Source: an uncultured Hyphomicrobiales bacterium (GTDB lineage Bacteria; Pseudomonadota; Alphaproteobacteria; Reyranellales; JAQSWP01). From it: DNA of 64,000 bases. The notes under the pieces were generated by a model. It worked only from the letters and a program-made list of their open reading frames with translations. It ran no database searches and was not told the origin of the DNA. The first letter of the stretch is position 1; every line of letters starts with the position of its first letter. The stretch lies in assembly GCA_964458605.1 (NCBI GenBank), contig CAYWLS010000016.1:29620-93619 (forward strand), given 5' to 3'. Below are positions 19,028 to 28,115 of this stretch, piece by piece. The position numbers were made by a program, and so were the translations under genes.

Positions 19028-19163
19028 GGCGCCTGCCCTGCCTTGCCCGCAGACGCGAACCGTTTGCAAGCAAGCTGCGACGCCGCATCGCGGGCGTCGG
19101 CAGGCACGCCGGGATTGGCGCGCGCCCATGCTCTGATAGGCTCGCGGCAGCGGAGGAAACGCC

Positions 19164-19493
19164 ATGCGCCCCATTCCGGTCCTGTTCGCTCTTGCCGTCC
19201 TGGCCGTTGCGCAGCCCGTCTCCGGCGCGGGCGCCGCCGATGCCGAGAACGGCCGCCGTCTGGCCGGCCAGTGGTGCAGCACCTGCCACATCGTCGACAG
19301 CCGCGGCACCGGGACCGCGCGCGACACGGCGCCCAGCTTCGTGTCGGTGGCCGCCGATCCCGCCCGCGTCGATGCCGATCACCTGGCGGCATGGCTGATG
19401 ACCGGCCACCGGCAGATGCCCAATTTCAACCTGACGCGCGACAGCGTCGCCGATCTGGTGGCCTATATCCGCAGTCTGGGCCCGGCGCGCTAG
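19164..19493 (+). CDS. class I c-type cytochrome (periplasmic)
   Basis: Signal peptide MRPIPVLFALAVLAVAQPVSG, heme motif CSTCH, and a distal Met candidate in HRQMPNF. Confidence 0.85.
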   Translation: MRPIPVLFALAVLAVAQPVSGAGAADAENGRRLAGQWCSTCHIVDSRGTGTARDTAPSFVSVAADPARVDADHLAAWLMTGHRQMPNFNLTRDSVADLVAYIRSLGPAR

Positions 19494-19505
19494 GCCCAGG
19501 CGCGC

Positions 19506-21047
19506 TCAGCGATAGACGAAGGCCGGATCGTCGAGATCGATCTTGGGGAAGACGTCCTTCTCGTTCCAGTAATCCTGGGTGTGCTGCCATTCCGGCTTGT
19601 CGCCGCGCCGGGGCAGCAGGTGCATGCCGCGCATGACGTAGCCCGGATTGAAATTGTCGGTGTCGATCCAGGGCAGCAGCTTCATGTCGCGATCTTCGGG
19701 CCGCAGCGCCACCTCGACCCGCCTGGCCTGCTTGTCCTTCATATGCGCCAGCAGCCGGCACACGAAATCCGCCACCAGGTCGGCGCGCAGGGTCCAGGAG
19801 GCGCGGAAATAGCCGAACACCCACACCATGTTGGGCACGCCGGTGAACATCATGCCGCGATAGGTCACCGTGTCGTGGAACGCCAGCTTCTCGCCGTCGA
19901 TCTGGAAATCGATGTCGCCCAGCACGTTGAGATTGAAGCCGGTGGCGGTGATCACGATGTCGGCCTCGATCTCCTGCCCCGACTTCACCCTGATGCCCTT
20001 CTCGGTGAAGCTGTCGATCTCGTCGGTCACCACCGAGGCCTTGCCCGAGGCGATGCCGCGGAACAAATCGCCGTCGGGCACAAAGGCGATGCGCTGGCGC
20101 CACGGCAGGTAGGACGGCGTGAAGTGCCTGGCGATGTCGTAGTCGGGCCCGAGGAACAGGCGAGCCGCGCCCAGCAGCTCCTTCTTCACCGCCTCCGGTT
20201 CCTCGAAGCAGCGCCTGGTGAAATTGGCCTGGTCGAGCAGGATGCGGCGGCGCACGATCTCGTGAATCCAGCTCTCGTCGACCTGCAGGGCGCGCAGCTC
20301 GTCGGCCAGCACCTGGGCATTGCGCGCCGGGATGAAATAGGTCGGCGAACGCTGCAGCATGGTGACGTGCGCCACGTCGGCGGCGATGTTGGGCACCAGC
20401 GTCGCTGCCGTGGCGCCCGAGCCGATCACGATCACCTTCTTGCCCTTGTAGTCGAGATCGGTCGGCCAGGTCTGGGGATGGACGATCCTGCCCGCGAACC
20501 GGTCCATGCCCGGCCATTGCGGCGTGTAGCCTTCGCTGTGGCGGTAATAGCCCTGGCACATCCACAGGAAGTTGCAGGCGATGCGCCGCAGCGCGCCGGT
20601 CTCGTGCTGGCGCACCTCCAAGGTCCACAGATTGTCGGCGCTCGACCAGTTGGCGCGCTCGATGCGGTGGCCGTAGCGGATATGCAGGCCCAGCTCGTTG
20701 TCGGCGATCACCTCGCCCAGGTATTGCAGGATCTCGGCGGCGGTGGCGATCGGCTTGCCGGTCCAGGGCTTGAAGCGATAGCCGAAAGTGTAGAGATCGC
20801 TGTCGGAGCGGATGCCGGGATATTTGTGCGTGATCCAGGTGCCGCCGAAACTGTCCTGCGCCTCGAGCACCAGGAACGAGGTGTCGGGCATCTGCTGGCG
20901 CAGATGATAGGCGCCGCCGATGCCGGAGATGCCGGCGCCGACGATGACCACGTCGAAATATTCGCTGGCCCGGTCGGCGGCTGGGTCGGCGGCTGGGTCG
21001 GCGGCCTTGTTGACGGACTGGTCCGGCTGCAACGCTGTATCGGGCAT
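19506..21047 (-). CDS. type I Baeyer-Villiger / flavin-containing monooxygenase
   Basis: GAGISG and GSGATA Rossmann motifs plus the BVMO fingerprint FAGRIVHPQTWP (FxGxxxHxxxWP). Confidence 0.85.
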   Translation of the reverse strand: MPDTALQPDQSVNKAADPAADPAADRASEYFDVVIVGAGISGIGGAYHLRQQMPDTSFLVLEAQDSFGGTWITHKYPGIRSDSDLYTFGYRFKPWTGKPIATAAEILQYLGEVIADNELGLHIRYGHRIERANWSSADNLWTLEVRQHETGALRRIACNFLWMCQGYYRHSEGYTPQWPGMDRFAGRIVHPQTWPTDLDYKGKKVIVIGSGATAATLVPNIAADVAHVTMLQRSPTYFIPARNAQVLADELRALQVDESWIHEIVRRRILLDQANFTRRCFEEPEAVKKELLGAARLFLGPDYDIARHFTPSYLPWRQRIAFVPDGDLFRGIASGKASVVTDEIDSFTEKGIRVKSGQEIEADIVITATGFNLNVLGDIDFQIDGEKLAFHDTVTYRGMMFTGVPNMVWVFGYFRASWTLRADLVADFVCRLLAHMKDKQARRVEVALRPEDRDMKLLPWIDTDNFNPGYVMRGMHLLPRRGDKPEWQHTQDYWNEKDVFPKIDLDDPAFVYR

Positions 21048-21135
21048 GGCGCGGTTCCTCGTGTGGCCCCCGCCAGTATAGAGGCATTCCCCCGCGCCGT
21101 CGCAACCGCACCGCGAAACGCTGCGGCGGCGACGG

Positions 21136-22251
21136 TCAGAATCCGTAAGGCTTGTAAGGCCCGAAGATATGCTGCTCGAAATGCACCATGCCGGTCGAGC
21201 CGTCGCCGCCGCTCATGCGGCAGGGGAATTCGGTCGGGCCCAGCCGCTTGCTCTCCGGCAGCGCCGTCCGCCCCGTCTTGCCCAGATGATGGGCCGAGGG
21301 ATAGCGGTCGGTCTCCACCACCGGTCCCACGCCGCGCCAGACGCCGGCGCTGCCGCCATCCTGCCAGCCGCCGTAATAGCCCAGGCCCTGCACGTCGGCC
21401 GGCGTGCCGGCGGCGGCGATGGTGTAGTCGCGCCAGTGCCCGTCGCTGTCCAGCAGCGAGAAGCTGCCGCCGATCACGTTGCGGGTGCCCGGCGCGTAGA
21501 CCAGCTTGTGCTTGACCGACACCAGCCGCACCGTGCTGCCATCGGGCAAATAGAGCGCGCCCTCGAAGTCCAGCGGCTTGCCGGCCTCGTCCTCGTGGGT
21601 GTTGAAGAAGCCGGTGTAGCGGTCGGTGGCGAACGGAGCCCAGATGCGGAAGCGGCGATGGTCGACCTCGTCCGGGTCGCGCCCCGCCCCGCCATGCGGC
21701 GTGGCCGGTCCCATGCCCGAGCGCACGCCCCAGGAATGGTCGCGGATCGCGGTCCAGCCGTTCGCGACGATGGTCTCGCCGTCGCGCCGCACCGTGCCGC
21801 TGGCGGCGCAGACCCGGGTGTAGCGCAGCATGTCGTGGATCAGGTGGCCGTATTTGCGGAAGCGATAGGGGGCCTCGAGGAAGGCCGGCGAGCGCGTGGC
21901 GAAGGTCAGGTCGAAGGAGAAGCCTGCCGCGTTGTCGTCCAGCGACAGGCGGACCTCCTGCATCGGCTGGCGGATCTCCAGCCGCAACGGCCCGACATCG
22001 AGTTCGGCCGCGCGCGGCCGCAGCGCGCGCGAGGCGCGCAGCACGCGCTGCTCGCCCTGGCGCGCCAGCCCGGCGAAGCCGTCGATCACGTTCATGTTGG
22101 GGTGCAGGCGCAGGCCGGTCACGACATAGCAGTCCTCGGCGAAGGTGGCGCAGAAATAGCCGTCGTTGAAATGCACGTCCGAGGTGAACGGGATGTTGAA
22201 CGGCGTGGGGTGCTGGTGGAACGGGTACTCGTCGAAGTCACTCAATTGCAT
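21136..22251 (-). CDS. conserved hypothetical protein (371 aa), function unknown
   Basis: The full-length ORF has non-biased composition. I recognise no family with confidence. The RDHSWG motif is reminiscent of CrtC/AttH-like lipocalin-fold hydratases (tentative). Confidence 0.6.
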   Translation of the reverse strand: MQLSDFDEYPFHQHPTPFNIPFTSDVHFNDGYFCATFAEDCYVVTGLRLHPNMNVIDGFAGLARQGEQRVLRASRALRPRAAELDVGPLRLEIRQPMQEVRLSLDDNAAGFSFDLTFATRSPAFLEAPYRFRKYGHLIHDMLRYTRVCAASGTVRRDGETIVANGWTAIRDHSWGVRSGMGPATPHGGAGRDPDEVDHRRFRIWAPFATDRYTGFFNTHEDEAGKPLDFEGALYLPDGSTVRLVSVKHKLVYAPGTRNVIGGSFSLLDSDGHWRDYTIAAAGTPADVQGLGYYGGWQDGGSAGVWRGVGPVVETDRYPSAHHLGKTGRTALPESKRLGPTEFPCRMSGGDGSTGMVHFEQHIFGPYKPYGF

Positions 22252-22503
22252 AAGGCTCTCGCTTCCCGGTCGTCTTCGAGGCGTGCCATGGTCCAGCGGC
22301 CATGGCGCTGCGGCGGCTGGCGGACATGGATGGAGCGGTCCCGGCGCCGGCCGCGCGACTATTCAACCTGCGGTCGAGTGCCGACGTCAACCCCGCAGCT
22401 TCGGGACGTCGAACGGGCGCGCGCCAGCCCGTCGCGCCGGTGACGCTAGGTCGCGACGACGAAATCGCCTCGATTCCGTCGATAAGGCGATTTGCGATTT
22501 GCT

Positions 22504-24876
22504 CTAGACTTGCCCGGTTTCGCCGCTGACAGCGGCGGCGCGCAGGGGGCCGCGCAGGGTGAGATAGAGTCCGCCCACCAGGCCGATCGTGGTGGCCAGC
22601 ATCAGCGCCAGCCACAGCAGCGGCTTGGTGGCATGCAGCGACAGCGAGCCCATATAGCCGATCGCCACCGTCACCGCCGCCAGCACCGCCCAGGCGCTCC
22701 AGCGCGTGATGTCCGGCGCCGGCGGCTGGTCGCTGACCCGCTCGTCCTTCAGCCATTGCGCCAGTTCCTCGACCGAGCCCTTCTGCTGCTGCACGCCGCC
22801 CTCCAGCTCCATCTCCTTGGCGACCTCCTCGGCCTCCTTGGCGATGCGCCGATCGAGCCAGCGTTGCAGCAGACTCTTGCGGGCCGGCGCGGCCTCGACC
22901 CGCTCGACCGCTTCCACCCTCACCTGCAGCCTGGCGCGGCGGCCGGGCAGATAGTCGAAGCCGACCGCGGCGGCGGCCAGCGCCAGCCCCAGCAGGTCGA
23001 CCCAGAACGGGCTCTTGAAGATCAGCAGCCCGGCGGCCAAGGCGAACACCAGGCGCTGCAGCGGGTTGAGCGGGCGGTGGAAATAGCCCGCCAGCGCCGC
23101 CGTGGTCAGCACCATGCCGGCGCTGGCCACCAGGGTGGCGAGGACGATCTCCAGCGGCGTGCCGCGCATCAGCAGCGCCGGCTCGAACACGAACACCAGC
23201 GGCACGATGAAGGCGGCGACGCCCAGGCGCGAGGCCTCCACCATGGTCTTCATCGGGTTGGCGTTGGCCAGCCCGGCGGCGGCCACGGCGGCCAGCGCGG
23301 TGGGCGGGGTGATGTCCGACACCACGCCGTAATAGAAGGCGAACATGTGCGCGGCCATCTCCGGCACGCCGCTGGCCTTGAGGATCGGGATCACCGTGGC
23401 GACCATGGTGATGTAGACCGCCGAGGCGGTCAGCCCGGTGCCCAGGATCAGCGAGATCAGCGCGCCGATGATCAGGATCAGCCATAGCTGGTTCGACACC
23501 ATGTCGAGGATCAGCTGGGTGATCTGGAAGCTCAGGCCGGTAGCGAACATGGCGCCGATGATGATGCCGGCGCAGGCGCAGGTGGTCGACAGGCTGCAGC
23601 TCACCTTGGCGGTCACCTCGAGCGCCTCGCCGATGCGGCTGGGCGACAGCAAGGTGCGGCGCGACACGAAGGACAGCAGGAAGGTGCCCAGGCTGGTGAC
23701 CAGCGCCACCAGGATGATCGAGTAGCCCAGCGCCAGCAGCACCGCGATCAGCAGCAGCGGGATCGCCAGATAGCCGTTGGTGCGCATGATGCGCCAGGCA
23801 TTGGGCATGGCCTCCTTGGGCATGCGCGACAGGCCCTGCTTGCGCGCCTCGAAATGCACCGTCCAGTAGATCGAGAAGTAATAGAGAAAGGCCGGGATCG
23901 CCGCGGCGACGATCACCGTGACGTAGCTGACGCCCATGAACTCGGCCATCATGAACGCCACCGCGCCCATCACCGGCGGCATGATCGAGCCGCCCACCGC
24001 CGCCGCCGCCTCGACGCCGCCGGCGAAATGCGGGCGATAGCCCAGCCGGCGCATCATCGGGATGGTGAAGGCGCCGGTGGTCAGCACGTTGCTGACGCCC
24101 GAGCCCGACAGCATGCCGAACAGGCCCGAGGCGATGACGCCGGCCTTGGCCGGGCCGCCGACGCGATGGCCGAACACGGCGAAGGCGATGCGGGTGAAGA
24201 AGCTGCCGGCGCCGGCCGCCTGCAGCAGCCGGCCGAACAGCAGGAACAGCACGATGTACTGCGCCGCCACCAGCAGCGGGATGCCGAACACGCCGGCATC
24301 GCCCACCACCAGGGTCTGGATCAGCGCCTCCGGCTTGACCGGCGGGCCGTAGAAGATCCCGGGGAAGTGATTGGCGAACAACGCATGGCAGCAGAAGATG
24401 CCGGCCAGCACGATCATCGCCCAGCCGACGGTGCGGCGCACCGCCTCGCATACCAGGAAGATCAGCACCAGGCCGGCGGCATAGTCGCGCGGCGCCAGCC
24501 CGACATAGAGATCCTGCCAGGTATCGACGATCGACAGGTAGTAGACCATCAGCAGCGCGCAGGCCAGCACGCAGGCGCCGTCGAGCAGCGCCAGCGCCGA
24601 TCGCCACCGGCCGCCGGTGGCGGCGGGATTGAGCAGGAACACCAGGCTGATGGCGATCAGCAGGTGCATCGGCAGGAAGATGGCGTTGGTCGGCGGCCCG
24701 TAGATGCCGATATAGATGTGATAGAGGACCAGATAGACCGACAGCACCGTGACCAGGGTCAGTCGCGCGGTCTGCGGCCAGGATCGCGCCGTGCGGGCGG
24801 CGGCGCCCGCCGACGGGGCGGCCCCCAGGGGAGTAGCCCCCGGCCGCCCCGACGCCAGTTGCAGGATGCCCGACAC
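22504..24876 (-). CDS. TRAP transporter fused 4TM/12TM permease (TAXI-type), with a ~150-aa C-terminal extension
   Basis: 790 aa, highly hydrophobic and DctQ/DctM-like. It lies 18 nt downstream of a TAXI solute receptor gene. Confidence 0.85.
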   Translation of the reverse strand: MSGILQLASGRPGATPLGAAPSAGAAARTARSWPQTARLTLVTVLSVYLVLYHIYIGIYGPPTNAIFLPMHLLIAISLVFLLNPAATGGRWRSALALLDGACVLACALLMVYYLSIVDTWQDLYVGLAPRDYAAGLVLIFLVCEAVRRTVGWAMIVLAGIFCCHALFANHFPGIFYGPPVKPEALIQTLVVGDAGVFGIPLLVAAQYIVLFLLFGRLLQAAGAGSFFTRIAFAVFGHRVGGPAKAGVIASGLFGMLSGSGVSNVLTTGAFTIPMMRRLGYRPHFAGGVEAAAAVGGSIMPPVMGAVAFMMAEFMGVSYVTVIVAAAIPAFLYYFSIYWTVHFEARKQGLSRMPKEAMPNAWRIMRTNGYLAIPLLLIAVLLALGYSIILVALVTSLGTFLLSFVSRRTLLSPSRIGEALEVTAKVSCSLSTTCACAGIIIGAMFATGLSFQITQLILDMVSNQLWLILIIGALISLILGTGLTASAVYITMVATVIPILKASGVPEMAAHMFAFYYGVVSDITPPTALAAVAAAGLANANPMKTMVEASRLGVAAFIVPLVFVFEPALLMRGTPLEIVLATLVASAGMVLTTAALAGYFHRPLNPLQRLVFALAAGLLIFKSPFWVDLLGLALAAAAVGFDYLPGRRARLQVRVEAVERVEAAPARKSLLQRWLDRRIAKEAEEVAKEMELEGGVQQQKGSVEELAQWLKDERVSDQPPAPDITRWSAWAVLAAVTVAIGYMGSLSLHATKPLLWLALMLATTIGLVGGLYLTLRGPLRAAAVSGETGQV

Positions 24877-24894
24877 GGCGCCGCCCTCTTCGCG

Positions 24895-25860
24895 CTACTT
24901 GATCAGTCCGACTTCGCGATAGTACTTCTCGGCGCCGGGATGCAGCGGGATCTTGTTGCCGTCCAGCGCGCCCTTGGTATCCATCTCGTTGGCGCCGGCG
25001 AACAGGCCGTGGAACTCCTTGACCTGCTCGTTCATCAGCTTGGTGATCTTGTACACCAGATCGTCCGACAGCTTGGACGAGGCCACCAGCTGGTTGATCA
25101 GATAGGGCGTGTCGACGTCGTTGGGCATGCTCTTGTAGATGCCGCCCTTGAGCGTGCGCATGGTGACGCCGGGCAGCAGCGCCATCATCTTCTCGCCCGC
25201 GGCCTTGTCGAAGCTCAGCACCCGGAAGCCCGGCGCGCGATCCAGCTCCATCATCGGCCCGTAGGGCGCCGGACCGGAGAAGAACGCCACGTCGACCTGG
25301 CCGTCCTGGAACGCCTGGCTGAGATTCTGGTAGCCGGCCGTGTTCAGCACGCCGCCGGCCTTGGTGATGTCCTCCGGCGTGACGCCGTAGGAGGCCAGCG
25401 CCGCCACGTTGAGCGCGTAGAAGGTCGAAGCCTTGGTGCCGAGCCACACCTTGTACGGCTTGGTCTTGAGGTCGGCCAGGCTCTTGATGTCGGACTTCTC
25501 CTGCACCACCACCATGAAATAGGCGCCGTACAGGCTCATGACGTGACGCAGGTTCTCGGTCTTGACGCCCAGCCCGCCCTCGCCGTTGCGCAGCTGGTTG
25601 GTCTGGTAGGTATAGGCCAGGCCCATCTCCGCGTCGCCCTTGTCGATGCGGATCAGCGTCTGCTCGGTCGGCCCCGCCAGGGTCGAGGCGCGCACGCCCG
25701 GGATGTTCTTGTTGATCAGCTCGGCCAGCTTGGCGCCGAACACCGGATAGGTGCCGGCCAGGCCCGAACCGATGCGCAGGAATTCTTCGGCCCGCGCGCC
25801 GACGCTGACGCCGAAGGCGGTGGCTGCCACCAGCAGCACGGCAACGAGTTTACGCAGCAT
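24895..25860 (-). CDS. TAXI-family TRAP transporter solute-binding protein
   Basis: Signal peptide, then FLRIGSGLAGTYPVFGAKLAELINKNIPGVRAS...GPTEQTLIRIDKGDAEMGLAY, typical of TAXI/Imp receptors. AAGGAGG lies 5 nt upstream of the ATG. Confidence 0.85.
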   Translation of the reverse strand: MLRKLVAVLLVAATAFGVSVGARAEEFLRIGSGLAGTYPVFGAKLAELINKNIPGVRASTLAGPTEQTLIRIDKGDAEMGLAYTYQTNQLRNGEGGLGVKTENLRHVMSLYGAYFMVVVQEKSDIKSLADLKTKPYKVWLGTKASTFYALNVAALASYGVTPEDITKAGGVLNTAGYQNLSQAFQDGQVDVAFFSGPAPYGPMMELDRAPGFRVLSFDKAAGEKMMALLPGVTMRTLKGGIYKSMPNDVDTPYLINQLVASSKLSDDLVYKITKLMNEQVKEFHGLFAGANEMDTKGALDGNKIPLHPGAEKYYREVGLIK

Positions 25861-26018
25861 CTCGACCTCCTTGTCCTGTTTGCTCTTTCCTTGTCATGCC
25901 TCTGCGGGCGCTTGGCGCTGGCGCGCAGCGACGACGGTACGGAGCGCGGCACACCCCTTCCAATACAAATTTCTCATCACTCCATTGGCTCCGTAAATCA
26001 CTGCCCCGTGCCCTTGCG

Positions 26019-26642
26019 TCACGGCGGTTGCAGCATGGCGAAGACATCCGTCAGCCGCGTGTACAGGCCGCGGCCGGAAATCCGGCCGACCGCGTCGAGC
26101 GCCGCGCCGTCGACGTTGAAGTCGGCGTCGACCAGCCCGTCGCGGTAGTGGAAATGCACCACCTCGCCCACGATCATGGTGTTGGGCTTGCGCCCCAGCT
26201 TCAGGATGTGCAGCGCCTTGCATTCGAAGCTGGCCGGGCACTCGGCCAGGCGCGGCGGCGCCACCTTGAGCGACGGCGCGGTGCGCAGCCCGGCCGCTTC
26301 GATCTCGCTGCGACCCGGCGCCAGGCTGGCGGCGCATCGGTTCATCTTTTCGGCCATGGCGCGGCCGACGATATTGACCACGAATTCGCCGCCGGCCTCG
26401 ATGTTGCGCACCGTGTCCTTCATGACCGGCGCAGCGGTCGTAGCACCGGCGCGCGGCGCCACCGAGATCATCAGTATCGGCGGATCGACGCCCACCATGT
26501 TGAAGAAGCTGAACGGCGCGGCATTGACCACGCCGCCGCCCATTGTCGTCACCAGCGCGATCGGCCGCGGCACCACCGTGCTGGCGACCAGACGATATTG
26601 CTGGTCGGGCGCCAGGCGGGCCGGGTCGAAATCGGCCGCCAC
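26019..26642 (-). CDS. flavin reductase-domain protein (FMN-binding split barrel)
   Basis: VVPRPIALVTTMGGGVVNAAPFSFFNMVGVDPPILMISV is the typical PF01613-like N-terminal pattern. Confidence 0.8.
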   Translation of the reverse strand: MAADFDPARLAPDQQYRLVASTVVPRPIALVTTMGGGVVNAAPFSFFNMVGVDPPILMISVAPRAGATTAAPVMKDTVRNIEAGGEFVVNIVGRAMAEKMNRCAASLAPGRSEIEAAGLRTAPSLKVAPPRLAECPASFECKALHILKLGRKPNTMIVGEVVHFHYRDGLVDADFNVDGAALDAVGRISGRGLYTRLTDVFAMLQPP

Positions 26643-26646
26643 CGGA

Positions 26647-28113
26647 TCAGCCTTTCATCTCGGCCGCCAGCTTGACCAGCGCCGGCTTGAGGATCTTGCC
26701 CGAGGAATTCTTCGGCATGTCGTCGACGAAGAAGATGCGCTTGGGCGCCTTGTAGGGCGCCAGCTTGGCGCGGCACAGCGCGATCAGCTCGTCGGCCGGC
26801 ACCGGCGTCTTGACGACGACGAAAGCCGCCACCTCCTCGCCCATCTCCGGCGACGGCAGCCCGACCACCGCAGCTTCCATCACCTGAGCATGGTTCAACA
26901 ACGTTTCCTCGATCTCGTTGGGATAGATGTTGACGCCGCCCCTGATGATCATGTCCTTGCGGCGGCCCTTGAGGAACAGATAGCCCTCCTCGTTCAGGGT
27001 GCCGAGATCGCCGGGATAGAACCAGCCGTCCTTGAACATCTCCGCCGTTGCCGCCGGATCGCCGAAGAACTCGGTGGCGCAGCCGGGGCTGCGATAGCGC
27101 AGCAGGCCGGTCTCCCCCGCCGGCAGCGATCTGCCGTTGTCGTCCACCACCTGCACTTCGATGGCGAACATGCAACGGCCGACCGAGTCGCCGAACCGCG
27201 CCTGGTCGGGCGGCGTCAGCATGGAGACGCCGCCGCCCTCGGTGGTGGCGTACATCTCGTAGAAATGCGGCGTGATCTTCTGCCTGATGGCACGCCGTTC
27301 CTCGGCGTGCAGCGGCGAGCCGCTGGACAGCAGCATGGTCAGCGACGGCATCAGCAGTCCCTCGCCCGCGTCCAGCGCCAGCAGGCGGCGCAGCAGGGTC
27401 GGCACCAGGAACAGATGCGTCGCCTGGCGCTGGCGCACCTCCTCGATCAGCTCCTCCGGCCGGTAGGGCGGCGGGAACATGATCACGGTGCCGCCGCAGA
27501 ACAGCTGCGACAGGGCGAAGGTGCGGCCGCCGCCGAAATAGATCGGCGTGGCCGAGACGTAACGCGACTGCGCGTTCAGCCCCATGTTGATCCAGTGGGT
27601 CCAGAAGCGGCGCTGGAACTGCTGGTGCGTCACCAGCGGGCCCTTGGCCATGCCGGTGGTGCCGGAGGACAGCGACAGCAGGAACGGCAGGGCGTCGCCG
27701 TCGGCCAGTTCTTGCAGCGGCGCCGCCGCGGCCACGCCGCGCTGCCACTTCTCGTCGCAGCGCAGCGCCGGGGCCACGTCGTTCCACGCCGCGCCGGGCT
27801 CGAGGATCACGCGCTTGGCCTTGAAGTGCTGCGCGATGCGTTCCTGCTCGCCCACCGTCCAGCGGCAATCCATCGGCAGCACGATGGCGCCCAGCGCGGC
27901 CAGCGCGAAGATACTGACCAGATGGGTCGCCGTGTCGTCCAGCGCCAGGCCGATCACCTCGCCGCGCCCGATGCCCTGGCTGGCCAGCCAGCCGGCAGTG
28001 CGGCGCACCAGCCCGTCGAGATCGCGATAAAGGACGGTTTCGGCGCCGGTGACCAGCGCCGGATGCAGCGGGCGCGACTGCGCCAGGATGCGGAGGGAAC
28101 CGGCGAGGTTCAT
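26647..28113 (-). CDS. AMP-dependent acyl-CoA synthetase/ligase
   Basis: Met323 of ORF 26647..29079 (MNLAGSLRILAQ...). Motifs LSLSSGTTGMAKG, YATTEGG, GWFYPGDLG, GRRKDMIIRGGVNIYPNEIE, PKNSSGKILK. The start lies 2 nt after the upstream stop. Confidence 0.9.
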   Translation of the reverse strand: MNLAGSLRILAQSRPLHPALVTGAETVLYRDLDGLVRRTAGWLASQGIGRGEVIGLALDDTATHLVSIFALAALGAIVLPMDCRWTVGEQERIAQHFKAKRVILEPGAAWNDVAPALRCDEKWQRGVAAAAPLQELADGDALPFLLSLSSGTTGMAKGPLVTHQQFQRRFWTHWINMGLNAQSRYVSATPIYFGGGRTFALSQLFCGGTVIMFPPPYRPEELIEEVRQRQATHLFLVPTLLRRLLALDAGEGLLMPSLTMLLSSGSPLHAEERRAIRQKITPHFYEMYATTEGGGVSMLTPPDQARFGDSVGRCMFAIEVQVVDDNGRSLPAGETGLLRYRSPGCATEFFGDPAATAEMFKDGWFYPGDLGTLNEEGYLFLKGRRKDMIIRGGVNIYPNEIEETLLNHAQVMEAAVVGLPSPEMGEEVAAFVVVKTPVPADELIALCRAKLAPYKAPKRIFFVDDMPKNSSGKILKPALVKLAAEMKG

Positions 28114-28115
28114 GG

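Noticed and set aside
18809-19409. The minus-strand ORFs 18809..19327, 18814..19392 and 18879..19409 overlapping the DUF1328 and cytochrome c genes.
   Set aside because: Their composition is Arg/Ala/Gly/Pro-rich. The plus-strand genes have a heme CxxCH motif, a signal peptide and a clean TM pattern respectively.
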